From Alphaproteobacteria bacterium (GTDB lineage: Bacteria; Pseudomonadota; Alphaproteobacteria; Rs-D84), in NCBI GenBank assembly GCA_009784275.1, contig WRCA01000001.1, positions 62,404 to 126,403 of the forward strand: a stretch of DNA of 64,000 bases. Direction: 5' to 3'. Below, piece by piece: positions 1 through 7,762 of this stretch (within the stretch, counting starts at the first letter, position 1; every line of letters begins with the position of its first letter). Position numbers and translations under genes: made by a program. The notes beneath the pieces are model-generated. The model worked only from the letters and a program-made list of their open reading frames with translations. It did no database searches and was not told where the DNA came from.

Positions 1-166
1 CGATGGATTCAGCCAGCGGACGGACGCGTTTTTCCATACGCTCGCTGCCGAATGGCATGGCGATTTCGGCGCCCATTTCTGCGGCCTTTTTCGCAACCGC
101 CCAAGCCATAGACATTTCATTAGCGACACCGTTTACAAGAATTCTTTTGCCTTCCAAAAGCTTCAT
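1..166 (-). CDS. fabI: enoyl-ACP reductase FabI, N-terminal 55 codons (gene continues beyond window start)
   Basis: Reverse-strand translation from the ATG at 166 reads MKLLEGKRILVNGVANEMSMAWAVAKKAAEMGAEIAMPFGSERMEKRVRPLAESI. This matches the FabI N-terminal Rossmann motif (GKxxLxxGVAxxxSIAxxIA). It is absent from the ORF track because the window truncates it. Confidence 0.8.
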   Translation of the reverse strand, partial: MKLLEGKRILVNGVANEMSMAWAVAKKAAEMGAEIAMPFGSERMEKRVRPLAESI

Positions 167-243
167 AATTTTTTCCTCTCTTGTTTTATTGGACCCGGCA
201 ATTTTAGCACCCCGTCACCCCGCGCGCAAGAAAATTAAAAAAA

Positions 244-281
244 GCGGCGAAGCCGCCGCTGGCTTCTAGTCTTTACTCCCC
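244..281 (+). repeat. GC-rich hairpin motif, copy 1 (GCGGCGAAGCCGCCGC-TGGCTTCTAG-TCTTTACTCCCC)
   Basis: The motif recurs at 7678-7715 (38 nt) and 27247-27273 (first 27 nt). It forms a 6-bp stem with a 4-nt loop, and the copies differ by compensatory substitutions. Confidence 0.6.
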
Positions 282-333
282 ATAAAAAAATGCTTGAAAA
301 CCTTAAAAATATGCTATAAACTTGGCGAGCTGT

Positions 334-409
334 TCGGGCATAGTTCAGTCGGTAGAACAACGGACTGTTAATCCGTATGTCGCTGGTTCGAGTCCAGCTG
401 CCCGAGCCA
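334..409 (+). tRNA. tRNA-Asn (anticodon GTT)
   Basis: Cloverleaf read by eye. Acceptor stem is tcgggca/tgcccga, anticodon arm acgga-CTGTTAA-tccgt, T-arm ggttcgagtcc, and the CCA is encoded. Confidence 0.93.
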
Positions 410-410
410 C

Positions 411-486
411 GGAGTTGTAGCTCAGATGGTAGAGCAAGTGACTTTTAATCATTAGGTCCAGGGTTCGAGTCCCTGCAACTCCACCA
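411..486 (+). tRNA. tRNA-Lys (anticodon TTT)
   Basis: Acceptor stem is ggagttg/caactcc, the anticodon loop CTTTTAA, the T-arm gggttcgagtccc, and the CCA is encoded. It lies 1 nt after tRNA-Asn. Confidence 0.93.
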
Positions 487-528
487 CTTTTTGTTGCTAT
501 GCGGCCCCTGTGCGGCATAGCAAAAAGT

Positions 529-560
529 AAAATGGCTCCACAGGGCCATTTTACTTTTTT
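529..560 (+). terminator. intrinsic terminator after the tRNA pair
   Basis: Hairpin aaaatggc/gccatttt followed by a T-run (acttttttat). It is preceded by a second hairpin, ttgctatgc...gcatagcaa, at 494-523. Confidence 0.7.
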
Positions 561-594
561 ATGTGTTATTAATTGCTAATTTTTAATAAAATCC

Positions 595-623
595 TTGATT
601 TAGCATATAATATTGTGTATAAT
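595..623 (+). promoter_or_regulatory. sigma70-like promoter TTGATT-17nt-TATAAT
   Basis: Consensus-like -35 and -10 hexamers with a 17-nt spacer. It would give a leader of about 230 nt before the 859 gene. Confidence 0.45.
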
Positions 624-858
624 CACTCAAATTTAGATCGGGTTTAGAGGCCCATTGCATAGAATAAAGCGATAAAATGTATTTATTATCATTTGTAATA
701 AATGCGAGACTATCTTTTCCAGGTGGTCTTTTTTTTAACCTGGAGGGACAATATGTTTTCAGCTGAAAAAGTAGCGATATCTGTGATGGTAATAGAACTT
801 TATTACGTGATGGCCGGTCACTTGCATTTTTAAATCAAAAATTAAGGGAGAGAAAAAT

Positions 859-2214
859 ATGTCGAAAAAGAACAAAACTAGCAAATGCACATTCTTCAAA
901 TTCTTTTTATTTTTCTTGTTTTGTTCAATTACGCCCGCTATCAGCGCATGCAATCCTGGATGTTTTGATAACGGAATAGATTGTGAACCATGCTTAACAG
1001 GAACATATTCCGAAAATGGCGATACATGCATCAGCTGCCCCAATGGAAAGACTGGAAATATTACTGTTGGTTCTACATACTGCGTCAATTACATAAATTT
1101 GAAAAGCAGCACCAACGCGTCAGTAATATTAAGAGCAAATAAAAATACTACGCCCAACTTGTGCATAGAAACAAATAGTGGGGATAAATACTACGCTGAT
1201 CTGTCATCTATTCTTACTGGCAAATTCAAGATAATTCATAACAGCACAGCTTACTCTGTCGTGGAACCCGCCGGGAAACTGGCCAGTGAATGCGGTATTC
1301 CTGATCGCGGTTTTCAAGTGACCTTGCAGGGTATGTTTACAAATAACACTTTTAGTTTCGAAATTTCTTCACAGGGAAATTTCCAAGTAGATTGGGGTGA
1401 TGGTACAGCAATACAACAAATAAACAAAGCGAATACCACAAAAACTACTTATTCGCATACATATACTTTTTCTGGTGGTGGAACCAAGGACTACATCGTA
1501 ACTTTAACTGGCCAGGCGACGGGACATAGCTCTGGCATTATGGCGCCAGCGATATCTTTTGAAAATTCTTTCAGCAGGAGTAAAATAGTCGCTATCACCG
1601 GCGATCTGGGTGCGATATTTCCGATATTGGGCAACCCCGTTGGCAGCACAATCGGCAGTCCACAGTTTTATCAAACATTCTATGGTTGCAGTGGTCTTAC
1701 TAAAATACCGGACAACCTGTTTGCCGGTCTTAATGGCCCTCCGCTGACTTTTATGTTTTATGGCACATTCCAAAACTGCACTGGTCTTACCAAGATACCA
1801 GCCGATTTGTTTGCCAGTGTAAAAGGCGCACCAGCGAATGGTATGTTCTATGCTACATTTCAGGGCTGTACTGGTTTGAAAGGAGAAATACCAGGCAGCT
1901 TGTTTGCAGGAATCAAGGGCGCGCCAATAAGCTGGATGTTTGGGCTTACATTTTCTGGATGCAGCGGTTTAACCAGCATTGGCGATGGATTATTCGATGG
2001 CATATCAGGAGCAATGGCAAGCTATGCATTCACAAGCACATTTGATGGATGTGCTAATCTTACTGGGCCATCAGCAACAACCAAAGGCAGCAACGGCATC
2101 AGAAAACCTTTATACCAGGAATGGCCATCAGCGTTAACTGGCCAAGTCGGAAACTGTTACACCGGCGCGAACAAACTTACTGATTGGGGCAGCATTCCAG
2201 CAGCATGGAAATAA
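859..2214 (+). CDS. secreted multidomain surface protein: Cys-rich module, PKD-like domain and ~30-aa FxxTFxGCxGLTxIP repeats (paralogue A)
   Basis: 451-aa ORF with SD gggagag upstream and a hydrophobic signal peptide. The Cys-rich module reads CNPGCFDNGIDCEPCLTGTYSENGDTCISCPNGKTG. A PKD-like signature reads FQVDWGDGT...YSHTYTF...YIVTLTG. Four to five repeats of about 30 aa follow. A paralogue lies at 29294-30229. Confidence 0.85.
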   Translation: MSKKNKTSKCTFFKFFLFFLFCSITPAISACNPGCFDNGIDCEPCLTGTYSENGDTCISCPNGKTGNITVGSTYCVNYINLKSSTNASVILRANKNTTPNLCIETNSGDKYYADLSSILTGKFKIIHNSTAYSVVEPAGKLASECGIPDRGFQVTLQGMFTNNTFSFEISSQGNFQVDWGDGTAIQQINKANTTKTTYSHTYTFSGGGTKDYIVTLTGQATGHSSGIMAPAISFENSFSRSKIVAITGDLGAIFPILGNPVGSTIGSPQFYQTFYGCSGLTKIPDNLFAGLNGPPLTFMFYGTFQNCTGLTKIPADLFASVKGAPANGMFYATFQGCTGLKGEIPGSLFAGIKGAPISWMFGLTFSGCSGLTSIGDGLFDGISGAMASYAFTSTFDGCANLTGPSATTKGSNGIRKPLYQEWPSALTGQVGNCYTGANKLTDWGSIPAAWK

Positions 2215-2288
2215 ATAAGAATATAGCCCTATTCGTAAATTATGCCAGAAATAGTATAATTGCATTGCGGAATCAAAAAGGAGCAAAA

Positions 2289-2486
2289 ATGAAAATGTGG
2301 AAAAACTATGTGATAAAACCATTGGTTTTAATAGGGGCCTTGAACTGGGGATTCATAGGTGCATTCAACTATGATGTTCTGGCGGCTATTTTTCAAAATG
2401 TAACAATGCTGCGCATCGTTGATATCTTGATCGGCCTTGCTGCGGTCGCATGCATCGTAATGTGGTTCATGGGTAAAGATGAGTAA
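2289..2486 (+). CDS. DUF378-family small membrane protein
   Basis: MKMWKNYVIKPLVLIGALNWGFIGAFNYDVLAAIF... matches the DUF378 pattern (GALNWG..G.F.fD.v). SD aaaggag lies upstream of the ATG at 2289. The ORF-track start at 2184 is judged an upstream extension. Confidence 0.75.
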   Translation: MKMWKNYVIKPLVLIGALNWGFIGAFNYDVLAAIFQNVTMLRIVDILIGLAAVACIVMWFMGKDE

Positions 2487-2512
2487 AAATCCGCGCGATG
2501 CGCGGATTTTTT
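2486..2512. terminator. bidirectional intrinsic terminator
   Basis: aaaaatCCGCGcgatgCGCGGatttttt lies between convergent genes. Confidence 0.75.
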
Positions 2513-2514
2513 AT

Positions 2515-3081
2515 TTAGGCTTTTTTGTAGTATCGACTAAAGTGCCGACGACAGACAGATTTATAGTGATCGTTACCCAAGGATAACTGTGGTCCATCGA
2601 TCACAACTTCTCCATTCTCATCATACCGCAGATGGTGATCCGCCTTGCGCATACAGCCCTTTATCTGACAAGTGGATTCCATAGGTCTCAACTTTGCGGC
2701 AACTTCGACAAGACGCTGGGCGCCCGGGAACAACCGGCCGTTGCTGTCCGCCATAAGGCCATAACACATTACCAAAATCTCGAAATTATCTGCAATATAC
2801 ACCAAATGATCAATATCTGATGGTGCGAAAAAATGCACTTCGTTAACTAATATTACCCTGGTATCCGACTGCGGAGAATAGCCTTCGAAGCTGACCAATG
2901 ACAAAGCGGGTATTTCAATTCCCAATCGAGATATAATCTTGTTGTCATTGGGAACTCCTTTGACAACAGGCTTTATGCATTCAACCCCAATCGCATTTTG
3001 CCGAAAGTTATGCGCATCCGTAATAAGACTTGCCGATTTGGATACCCCCATCGTTCCATAATGAAAATGTAGATTTGCCAT
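2515..3081 (-). CDS. tdk: thymidine kinase
   Basis: 188 aa, colinear with Tdk. Matching segments include the P-loop region GTMGVSKS, VDEVHFF-like NEVHFF, CYGL and the C-terminal Cys cluster with SVCRRH. Confidence 0.85.
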   Translation of the reverse strand: MANLHFHYGTMGVSKSASLITDAHNFRQNAIGVECIKPVVKGVPNDNKIISRLGIEIPALSLVSFEGYSPQSDTRVILVNEVHFFAPSDIDHLVYIADNFEILVMCYGLMADSNGRLFPGAQRLVEVAAKLRPMESTCQIKGCMRKADHHLRYDENGEVVIDGPQLSLGNDHYKSVCRRHFSRYYKKA

Positions 3082-3113
3082 TTTTCATGCCTTTGATTTA
3101 GTGTTTCAATTTT

Positions 3114-4703
3114 TCATTCCGACCTGTTTGGAAACTCTCCACGATCAAGCATCGCTGCGATTTCAAAGTGTTTGATTTTCCTTGTACTTGTTTGAGGCAA
3201 TTCATCTTCCGTTATCGCAAAATGGGTCACCCATTTATAAGGCGCTATTGTCAGATTGGACACCTTCAACAACAAGGCAATCTTATCAACTGTCGTTCCG
3301 GGTTTTACCTGAAACACGCCGTATACAACAGTTTTACCTCTGATTTGACGTTCCATTACTGCCGCCGCAAGTATCTCATCGTTCTGCAGGTAAAGGTCTT
3401 CCAACTCATCCGGATACACATTTTTACCACTATCCAGGATAACAATCTGCTTTTTACGGCCCTTTATAACCAGATAACGGTGTTTGCCTTCGAATCTGCC
3501 AAGATCGCCTGTTTTGAACCAGCCGTCCTTAAACACTTCCGCATTTGCCTTTGGATTATTTATATAGCCATTCATCACTACGTTTCCGCGTGCCCAGATT
3601 TCGCCGACTCCATCCTTGTCCGGATTATGGATTTTAACCTGGTTACCTTCCAAGGGCGCCGCGTAATGCATTTTGCCGTTCGCCATTTTGAATTTAAAAT
3701 TAAAATGAACCGCACCCGTCGTTTCAGTTAAACCATATCCATCGCCAACCGCAAAACCCAAGCTTTCAAAGAACTTACGGACTTTTGGTTTTAATGTAGC
3801 ACCGGCAGACAGCAGAACTTTGGTATTACCACCGAAGATTTCATGGATTGGATTCGTTACTTTTTTTACAAGGAATCCCATGCCTATGGTGCGCCAGAAT
3901 CGCCTGGTACTGATGATAATTCTCATCATCGTATACTTTCTCTTTTCCTTGGCACCGTCGATTATATTTTTGTAAAAGACTTCCCAGATGCGAGGAACGC
4001 CTGGGATAACCTCTGGACGATACTGGGCAAAGTCTTTTAAGAATTCTTTCGGATTCAAGATGGGCTGCAACAATACCTTGCCTTTCACGGCCAGCGGAGC
4101 AATGATATTCACAGTCACACCGTATATATGATACAAGGGTAGAAAACCATAGATTGTGGCGCCATTACCCAATGCCGGCTCGTAACGTCTAATTGCTGTT
4201 TCCAGTGATATAAGGTTGCTGTGCGTCAGCCCCACAACCTTTGGATTGCCCGTAGACCCTGATGTAAAAGACAACATAGCCAAGTCTTCACGATCAACAT
4301 CCGCCGCGACAAAATCTCTTTCATCGGTGGTGTCCAATGTTTCGATATCGAACATTTCTGGACCACCTTCGACAAAATAAGACTTTTGCGCCAATGCCAG
4401 CTTGCAATTCGTATGCTTCATCATATTCAAATGCTCGGCCCTTGATAATCCTGTATCCAGCATCAAAGCCTTTGCGCCCTGTGAAGTTATCGCAAAATAA
4501 GAACTGATGAATTCGGGTGTGTTTCCGGATAGAATCGCGACAGTATCGCCTTTTTTGATTTTAAAGTTCTGCGCCAATAGAACCGCGCGCTTTTTTACAT
4601 TACACAACAAATCCGCATAGGTTTGACCCTGGCGGACAAAGAAAGTGCTTGCACTATTTTCGATACATACCTTGTGCAGCATTTCATAAATGTTTTTTAT
4701 CAT
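3114..4703 (-). CDS. AMP-dependent acyl-CoA synthetase/ligase (long-chain fatty acid-CoA ligase-like)
   Basis: 529 aa. AMP-binding motif SFTSGSTGNPKVV, plus GYGLTETT and TGDLG...GRKK. Confidence 0.85.
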   Translation of the reverse strand: MIKNIYEMLHKVCIENSASTFFVRQGQTYADLLCNVKKRAVLLAQNFKIKKGDTVAILSGNTPEFISSYFAITSQGAKALMLDTGLSRAEHLNMMKHTNCKLALAQKSYFVEGGPEMFDIETLDTTDERDFVAADVDREDLAMLSFTSGSTGNPKVVGLTHSNLISLETAIRRYEPALGNGATIYGFLPLYHIYGVTVNIIAPLAVKGKVLLQPILNPKEFLKDFAQYRPEVIPGVPRIWEVFYKNIIDGAKEKRKYTMMRIIISTRRFWRTIGMGFLVKKVTNPIHEIFGGNTKVLLSAGATLKPKVRKFFESLGFAVGDGYGLTETTGAVHFNFKFKMANGKMHYAAPLEGNQVKIHNPDKDGVGEIWARGNVVMNGYINNPKANAEVFKDGWFKTGDLGRFEGKHRYLVIKGRKKQIVILDSGKNVYPDELEDLYLQNDEILAAAVMERQIRGKTVVYGVFQVKPGTTVDKIALLLKVSNLTIAPYKWVTHFAITEDELPQTSTRKIKHFEIAAMLDRGEFPNRSE

Positions 4704-4725
4704 GCATTCTGCTCTTTTATTTACA

Positions 4726-4744
4726 TTGGGTCACCATGACCCAA
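4726..4744. promoter_or_regulatory. perfect palindrome TTGGGTCA-cca-TGACCCAA upstream of the acyl-CoA ligase gene (candidate operator)
   Basis: 8-bp inverted repeat with a 3-nt spacer, about 23 nt upstream of the start codon at 4703. Confidence 0.4.
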
Positions 4745-4779
4745 CGCAGCAGTATAGACCATAAATCCTGGGAAAAACA

Positions 4780-4808
4780 ACCCAAAATAAAACCCGCAAT
4801 TGCGGGTG
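4780..4808 (-). terminator. intrinsic terminator of the 912-aa gene
   Basis: Hairpin acccgcaattgcgggt followed on the minus strand by a T-rich run. Confidence 0.7.
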
Positions 4809-4821
4809 TGTTTTTACGCTG

Positions 4822-7560
4822 TTATGCCGCTCTATCATAATCATGCGTTGCCAGATAACCCGAAGTCTTCATCCAGCGCTTATCAAAATTATTCGTCGGG
4901 TCGGCTTCTTCACGAATTGTTTTAGAGCTGCGGAATATGTTATGGTCATTGACCTTCGCGCCAGTATATCCATTCACATAATTCCAGAAGAAAACCAATT
5001 CATCAAATTTGGTCATCTCATCAGCTTCACGCTTCGCTGGTTTGCTATCTGTGGCTTTGGCCTCATCTTTTTCTTTTTTGGTATTTCTGATATTATGCGC
5101 TGCTTCCGCGTATTGTTTCTCGTTCTGCGCAATAAGCAAATTACGACGAACAGTATATTGTTTTTCTTTGGTTATTTGCAGCCCTTCCAATCTTGCTTCT
5201 TCATTGGCATAATCAACTTTTCTTTTCTCTACATACTCTTCAAGTCTCCTGGCTTGTTCGTCATTCCGGAGATCTTTATAATCACCAATTTCATTTTCAA
5301 GTAATTGTTTTCTTTTAGCTAATGGCTTTAATTGCTGTTCAAGACGCAAATATTGCGCTTCTTCCCTTTCTGTTAATTCTCCTTCAGCCTCTGCTTTGAC
5401 TTCTAATACTTCCTTTTGTTCTTCAATGTGTCTTTCAGCTTCTATTAATTCATCTAATTCTCTTCTTACTTCTGATAATTTATAATATCTTGCAAGTCTT
5501 GCTTCGCAACTAGTTATAATATCTTCTAATGCATCCAAGCCCTGCATGGGTCTTGCAGCATCCTCGGCGATTCTCAAATCCTCATTAGCTCTATTCAATC
5601 TCTCTTTTGTTTCATCCCAGTAATTAAAACCTTCCGGGGAAACTTTTTCAGGATATCTGCGACCACCCATAATACGATTTTTACTATCGCGCTTTGCATC
5701 CGAAATTCCGTCGGTAAGCCGCTTATTATCTAATTTGACTTTTCCGCGACGGAATTGATATTTATTTCGTCCAGCAATGGCCAGTTTGTATCCGCCTTTC
5801 ATTAAAAGATTTAATCCGGTGGTTGCAGCACCGACTACCTGTTTCACCCCTTCATGTTTCATAAAACTTGCATCTTTGAGGGGGTCAAACTTATCCTTGA
5901 AAATCTCGTTATAATGTGCAGATGAAAAAGTGTCATAACGCATCACAGCCAGAACTTCCAACGCGACCTTTGCCTTTTCAACTTCGCGATGTTTTACGCC
6001 CCGTTTGATGATTTCCATGGCAATGGCCTGACACTTGGCTCCATTACGCAATGCGCCTTCCAAAGCCTTATCCATCTCACCAGAATTTTTCATTTCTGTC
6101 AGGCTGGCCATCAAGAAATCGAAACCTTTTAATGATGCAGTAGATTTCGCTTGAATTTTTGGGCGAAGTTCATCCTTCTTTTCCAAAACTTTCAGAATAC
6201 CATCAGTGGGGGAAATTTTGGCCTTGCAGATCGCAGCTACTATTCCTTGGGCATTGGGTGCACTGTAAATATGAGAATGCTGCTTTTTCCAAAGTTTCTC
6301 TATGTGCTGCTCGCGCCAATCATCCCATTTTTTCTGAACTGTCTGAACTACATTCCGCTTTTCTTCATATTTGGGGACTAACTGGTTGTCACCGGAAGAA
6401 TAGTTGCTTTTTTCCAGCGCATAACTCATATAACCAGTCAGCTTATTGCCATTATATTTTTCAAATTGCTTAAAGAATGCGGATTTATTTTCTTTATCTT
6501 CTTTGTCATAGAAATCTTTCAGCAGCTCCTGATAAAACTCCGGCTGCTTGAACATTTGCATCTGATCTGGAGTAACTTCATCGTTTTCAGGATTCATCCT
6601 GGCAGATAGTTTTGTTAAGTCGCCAAGTTGTTTTATTCGTCTTATTCGATCTCGTTTGTCTTCCAAAGAACTATCGTCAATCGTCGCAACAGAATTTTCA
6701 ACATAGTCTTGCAAACGAATTGCAACCAGACGCAAATGTTCTCTGCATTTAGAATTGCCCATAAAATCTTTGTCAGATAGATCTTTGGCAAATTGCGTTA
6801 TAGGATATTCTTTGGTGAAAATCTTGTTATAATCGGGTAGATTTTCTAAATAGTCGTATATGATACCTTTCGCATCTAGTTCTCGTTTTATATTTGCAAT
6901 AGTACTTATCGCACCTGCATCTTTCGAAGGGTCCAGCTGTGGTTTGGAAAAAGGTTTTAATCCTTTTTTACCAAAATACTTATCCAAAGTCGCAGTGCCA
7001 TTTTCTGGGTCTGCGCGTGACAGCTCCGTCCGATCGTCATCCATAGATCGAAGTGTATTCTGAACAACTCTATAAAACTCATCCCAGCCGGGGTCATCAA
7101 GTTCCAGCGTCAAATCCGGAACTGTATCCAGTAGTTCACCCGTCTTTGGATCACCCCAACCTTTCTGCGCTGCGCTGCGTTTGTCATCAAGGAAAATTTT
7201 GTTCCCGTTCGGAGCAATTTCAAACCGCTTACCACGCAAATCATACCATCTTGCACGCTGGTCTGCGCTCATTTTGGAAATATGATACTGCTTAAACCAT
7301 TTTTTCAGAGAGTTTTCAAAAGTGTCTGCCTTTACCCCTTTGGCGGTGCGTTCAGCATCAATTGGGGTAACCCTTTCTGTACTGCGCTTATTAAATTCCT
7401 CACTTATAGCACTTTGTATTCTTTCCTTTTCTTCATCATTGGAAGCATACTTTTCCGCCCAATCCGAAATTTCAGCATCCGAAAGAACGCTAGAAACCAT
7501 AGCGCGAGCAAGCGCAAATTTGCGAGCTTGGTTGATAATGATATCTAATTTATCTGCCAC
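4822..7560 (-). CDS. large hypothetical protein with a long charged coiled-coil-like C-terminal third
   Basis: Uninterrupted 912-aa ORF. I recognise no family motif. A K/E/R-rich heptad-like region lies near the C-terminus. I see no signal peptide. Confidence 0.8.
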   Translation of the reverse strand: MADKLDIIINQARKFALARAMVSSVLSDAEISDWAEKYASNDEEKERIQSAISEEFNKRSTERVTPIDAERTAKGVKADTFENSLKKWFKQYHISKMSADQRARWYDLRGKRFEIAPNGNKIFLDDKRSAAQKGWGDPKTGELLDTVPDLTLELDDPGWDEFYRVVQNTLRSMDDDRTELSRADPENGTATLDKYFGKKGLKPFSKPQLDPSKDAGAISTIANIKRELDAKGIIYDYLENLPDYNKIFTKEYPITQFAKDLSDKDFMGNSKCREHLRLVAIRLQDYVENSVATIDDSSLEDKRDRIRRIKQLGDLTKLSARMNPENDEVTPDQMQMFKQPEFYQELLKDFYDKEDKENKSAFFKQFEKYNGNKLTGYMSYALEKSNYSSGDNQLVPKYEEKRNVVQTVQKKWDDWREQHIEKLWKKQHSHIYSAPNAQGIVAAICKAKISPTDGILKVLEKKDELRPKIQAKSTASLKGFDFLMASLTEMKNSGEMDKALEGALRNGAKCQAIAMEIIKRGVKHREVEKAKVALEVLAVMRYDTFSSAHYNEIFKDKFDPLKDASFMKHEGVKQVVGAATTGLNLLMKGGYKLAIAGRNKYQFRRGKVKLDNKRLTDGISDAKRDSKNRIMGGRRYPEKVSPEGFNYWDETKERLNRANEDLRIAEDAARPMQGLDALEDIITSCEARLARYYKLSEVRRELDELIEAERHIEEQKEVLEVKAEAEGELTEREEAQYLRLEQQLKPLAKRKQLLENEIGDYKDLRNDEQARRLEEYVEKRKVDYANEEARLEGLQITKEKQYTVRRNLLIAQNEKQYAEAAHNIRNTKKEKDEAKATDSKPAKREADEMTKFDELVFFWNYVNGYTGAKVNDHNIFRSSKTIREEADPTNNFDKRWMKTSGYLATHDYDRAA

Positions 7561-7620
7561 TTTTAATTATTACCTAACATAATTAACTAATTTTATCAGA
7601 AAGCGCGATTTTTTACTAGC

Positions 7621-7649
7621 TTGATTTTTTGTATGATTTATGGTACAAT
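7621..7649 (+). promoter_or_regulatory. sigma70-like promoter TTGATT-17nt-TACAAT
   Basis: -35 and -10 hexamers with a 17-nt spacer and TG two bases upstream of the -10. Confidence 0.5.
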
Positions 7650-7656
7650 TATTTCC

Positions 7657-7762
7657 ATGACTGGCTGCCTTTGGCGGGCGGCGAAGGCGCCGCGGCCTTC
7701 TGGTTTTTACTCCCCGTTTTTACGGGATTTTTTTTATAAAAATTATAACAAAAGGAAGACTT
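7657..7762 (+). promoter_or_regulatory. structured 5' leader of the 7763 gene (or short attenuated RNA) carrying hairpin-motif copy 2 (7678-7715)
   Basis: No ORF. It contains the GC-rich hairpin GCGGCG-aagg-CGCCGC, then a weak 4-bp hairpin (cccg/cggg) followed by T8 at 7713-7735. Confidence 0.35.

Noticed and set aside
3-269. 88-aa plus-strand ORF at the window start
   Set aside because: It lies antisense to a clear FabI N-terminus on the minus strand (1-166), has no SD and no recognisable motif. It is treated as a shadow ORF.
601-630. Similarity of the promoter region 601-630 to 44753-44785 (atattgt-tataatcactc)
   Set aside because: It is a ~20-nt AT-rich match centred on a consensus -10 element. 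This is most simply explained by two strong sigma70 promoters rather than a shared regulatory or mobile sequence.
4843-7582. Numerous 60-150-aa plus-strand ORFs antisense to the 912-aa gene
   Set aside because: All are nested within one long uninterrupted minus-strand ORF. They lack SDs and have low-complexity, hydrophobic, shadow-frame composition.
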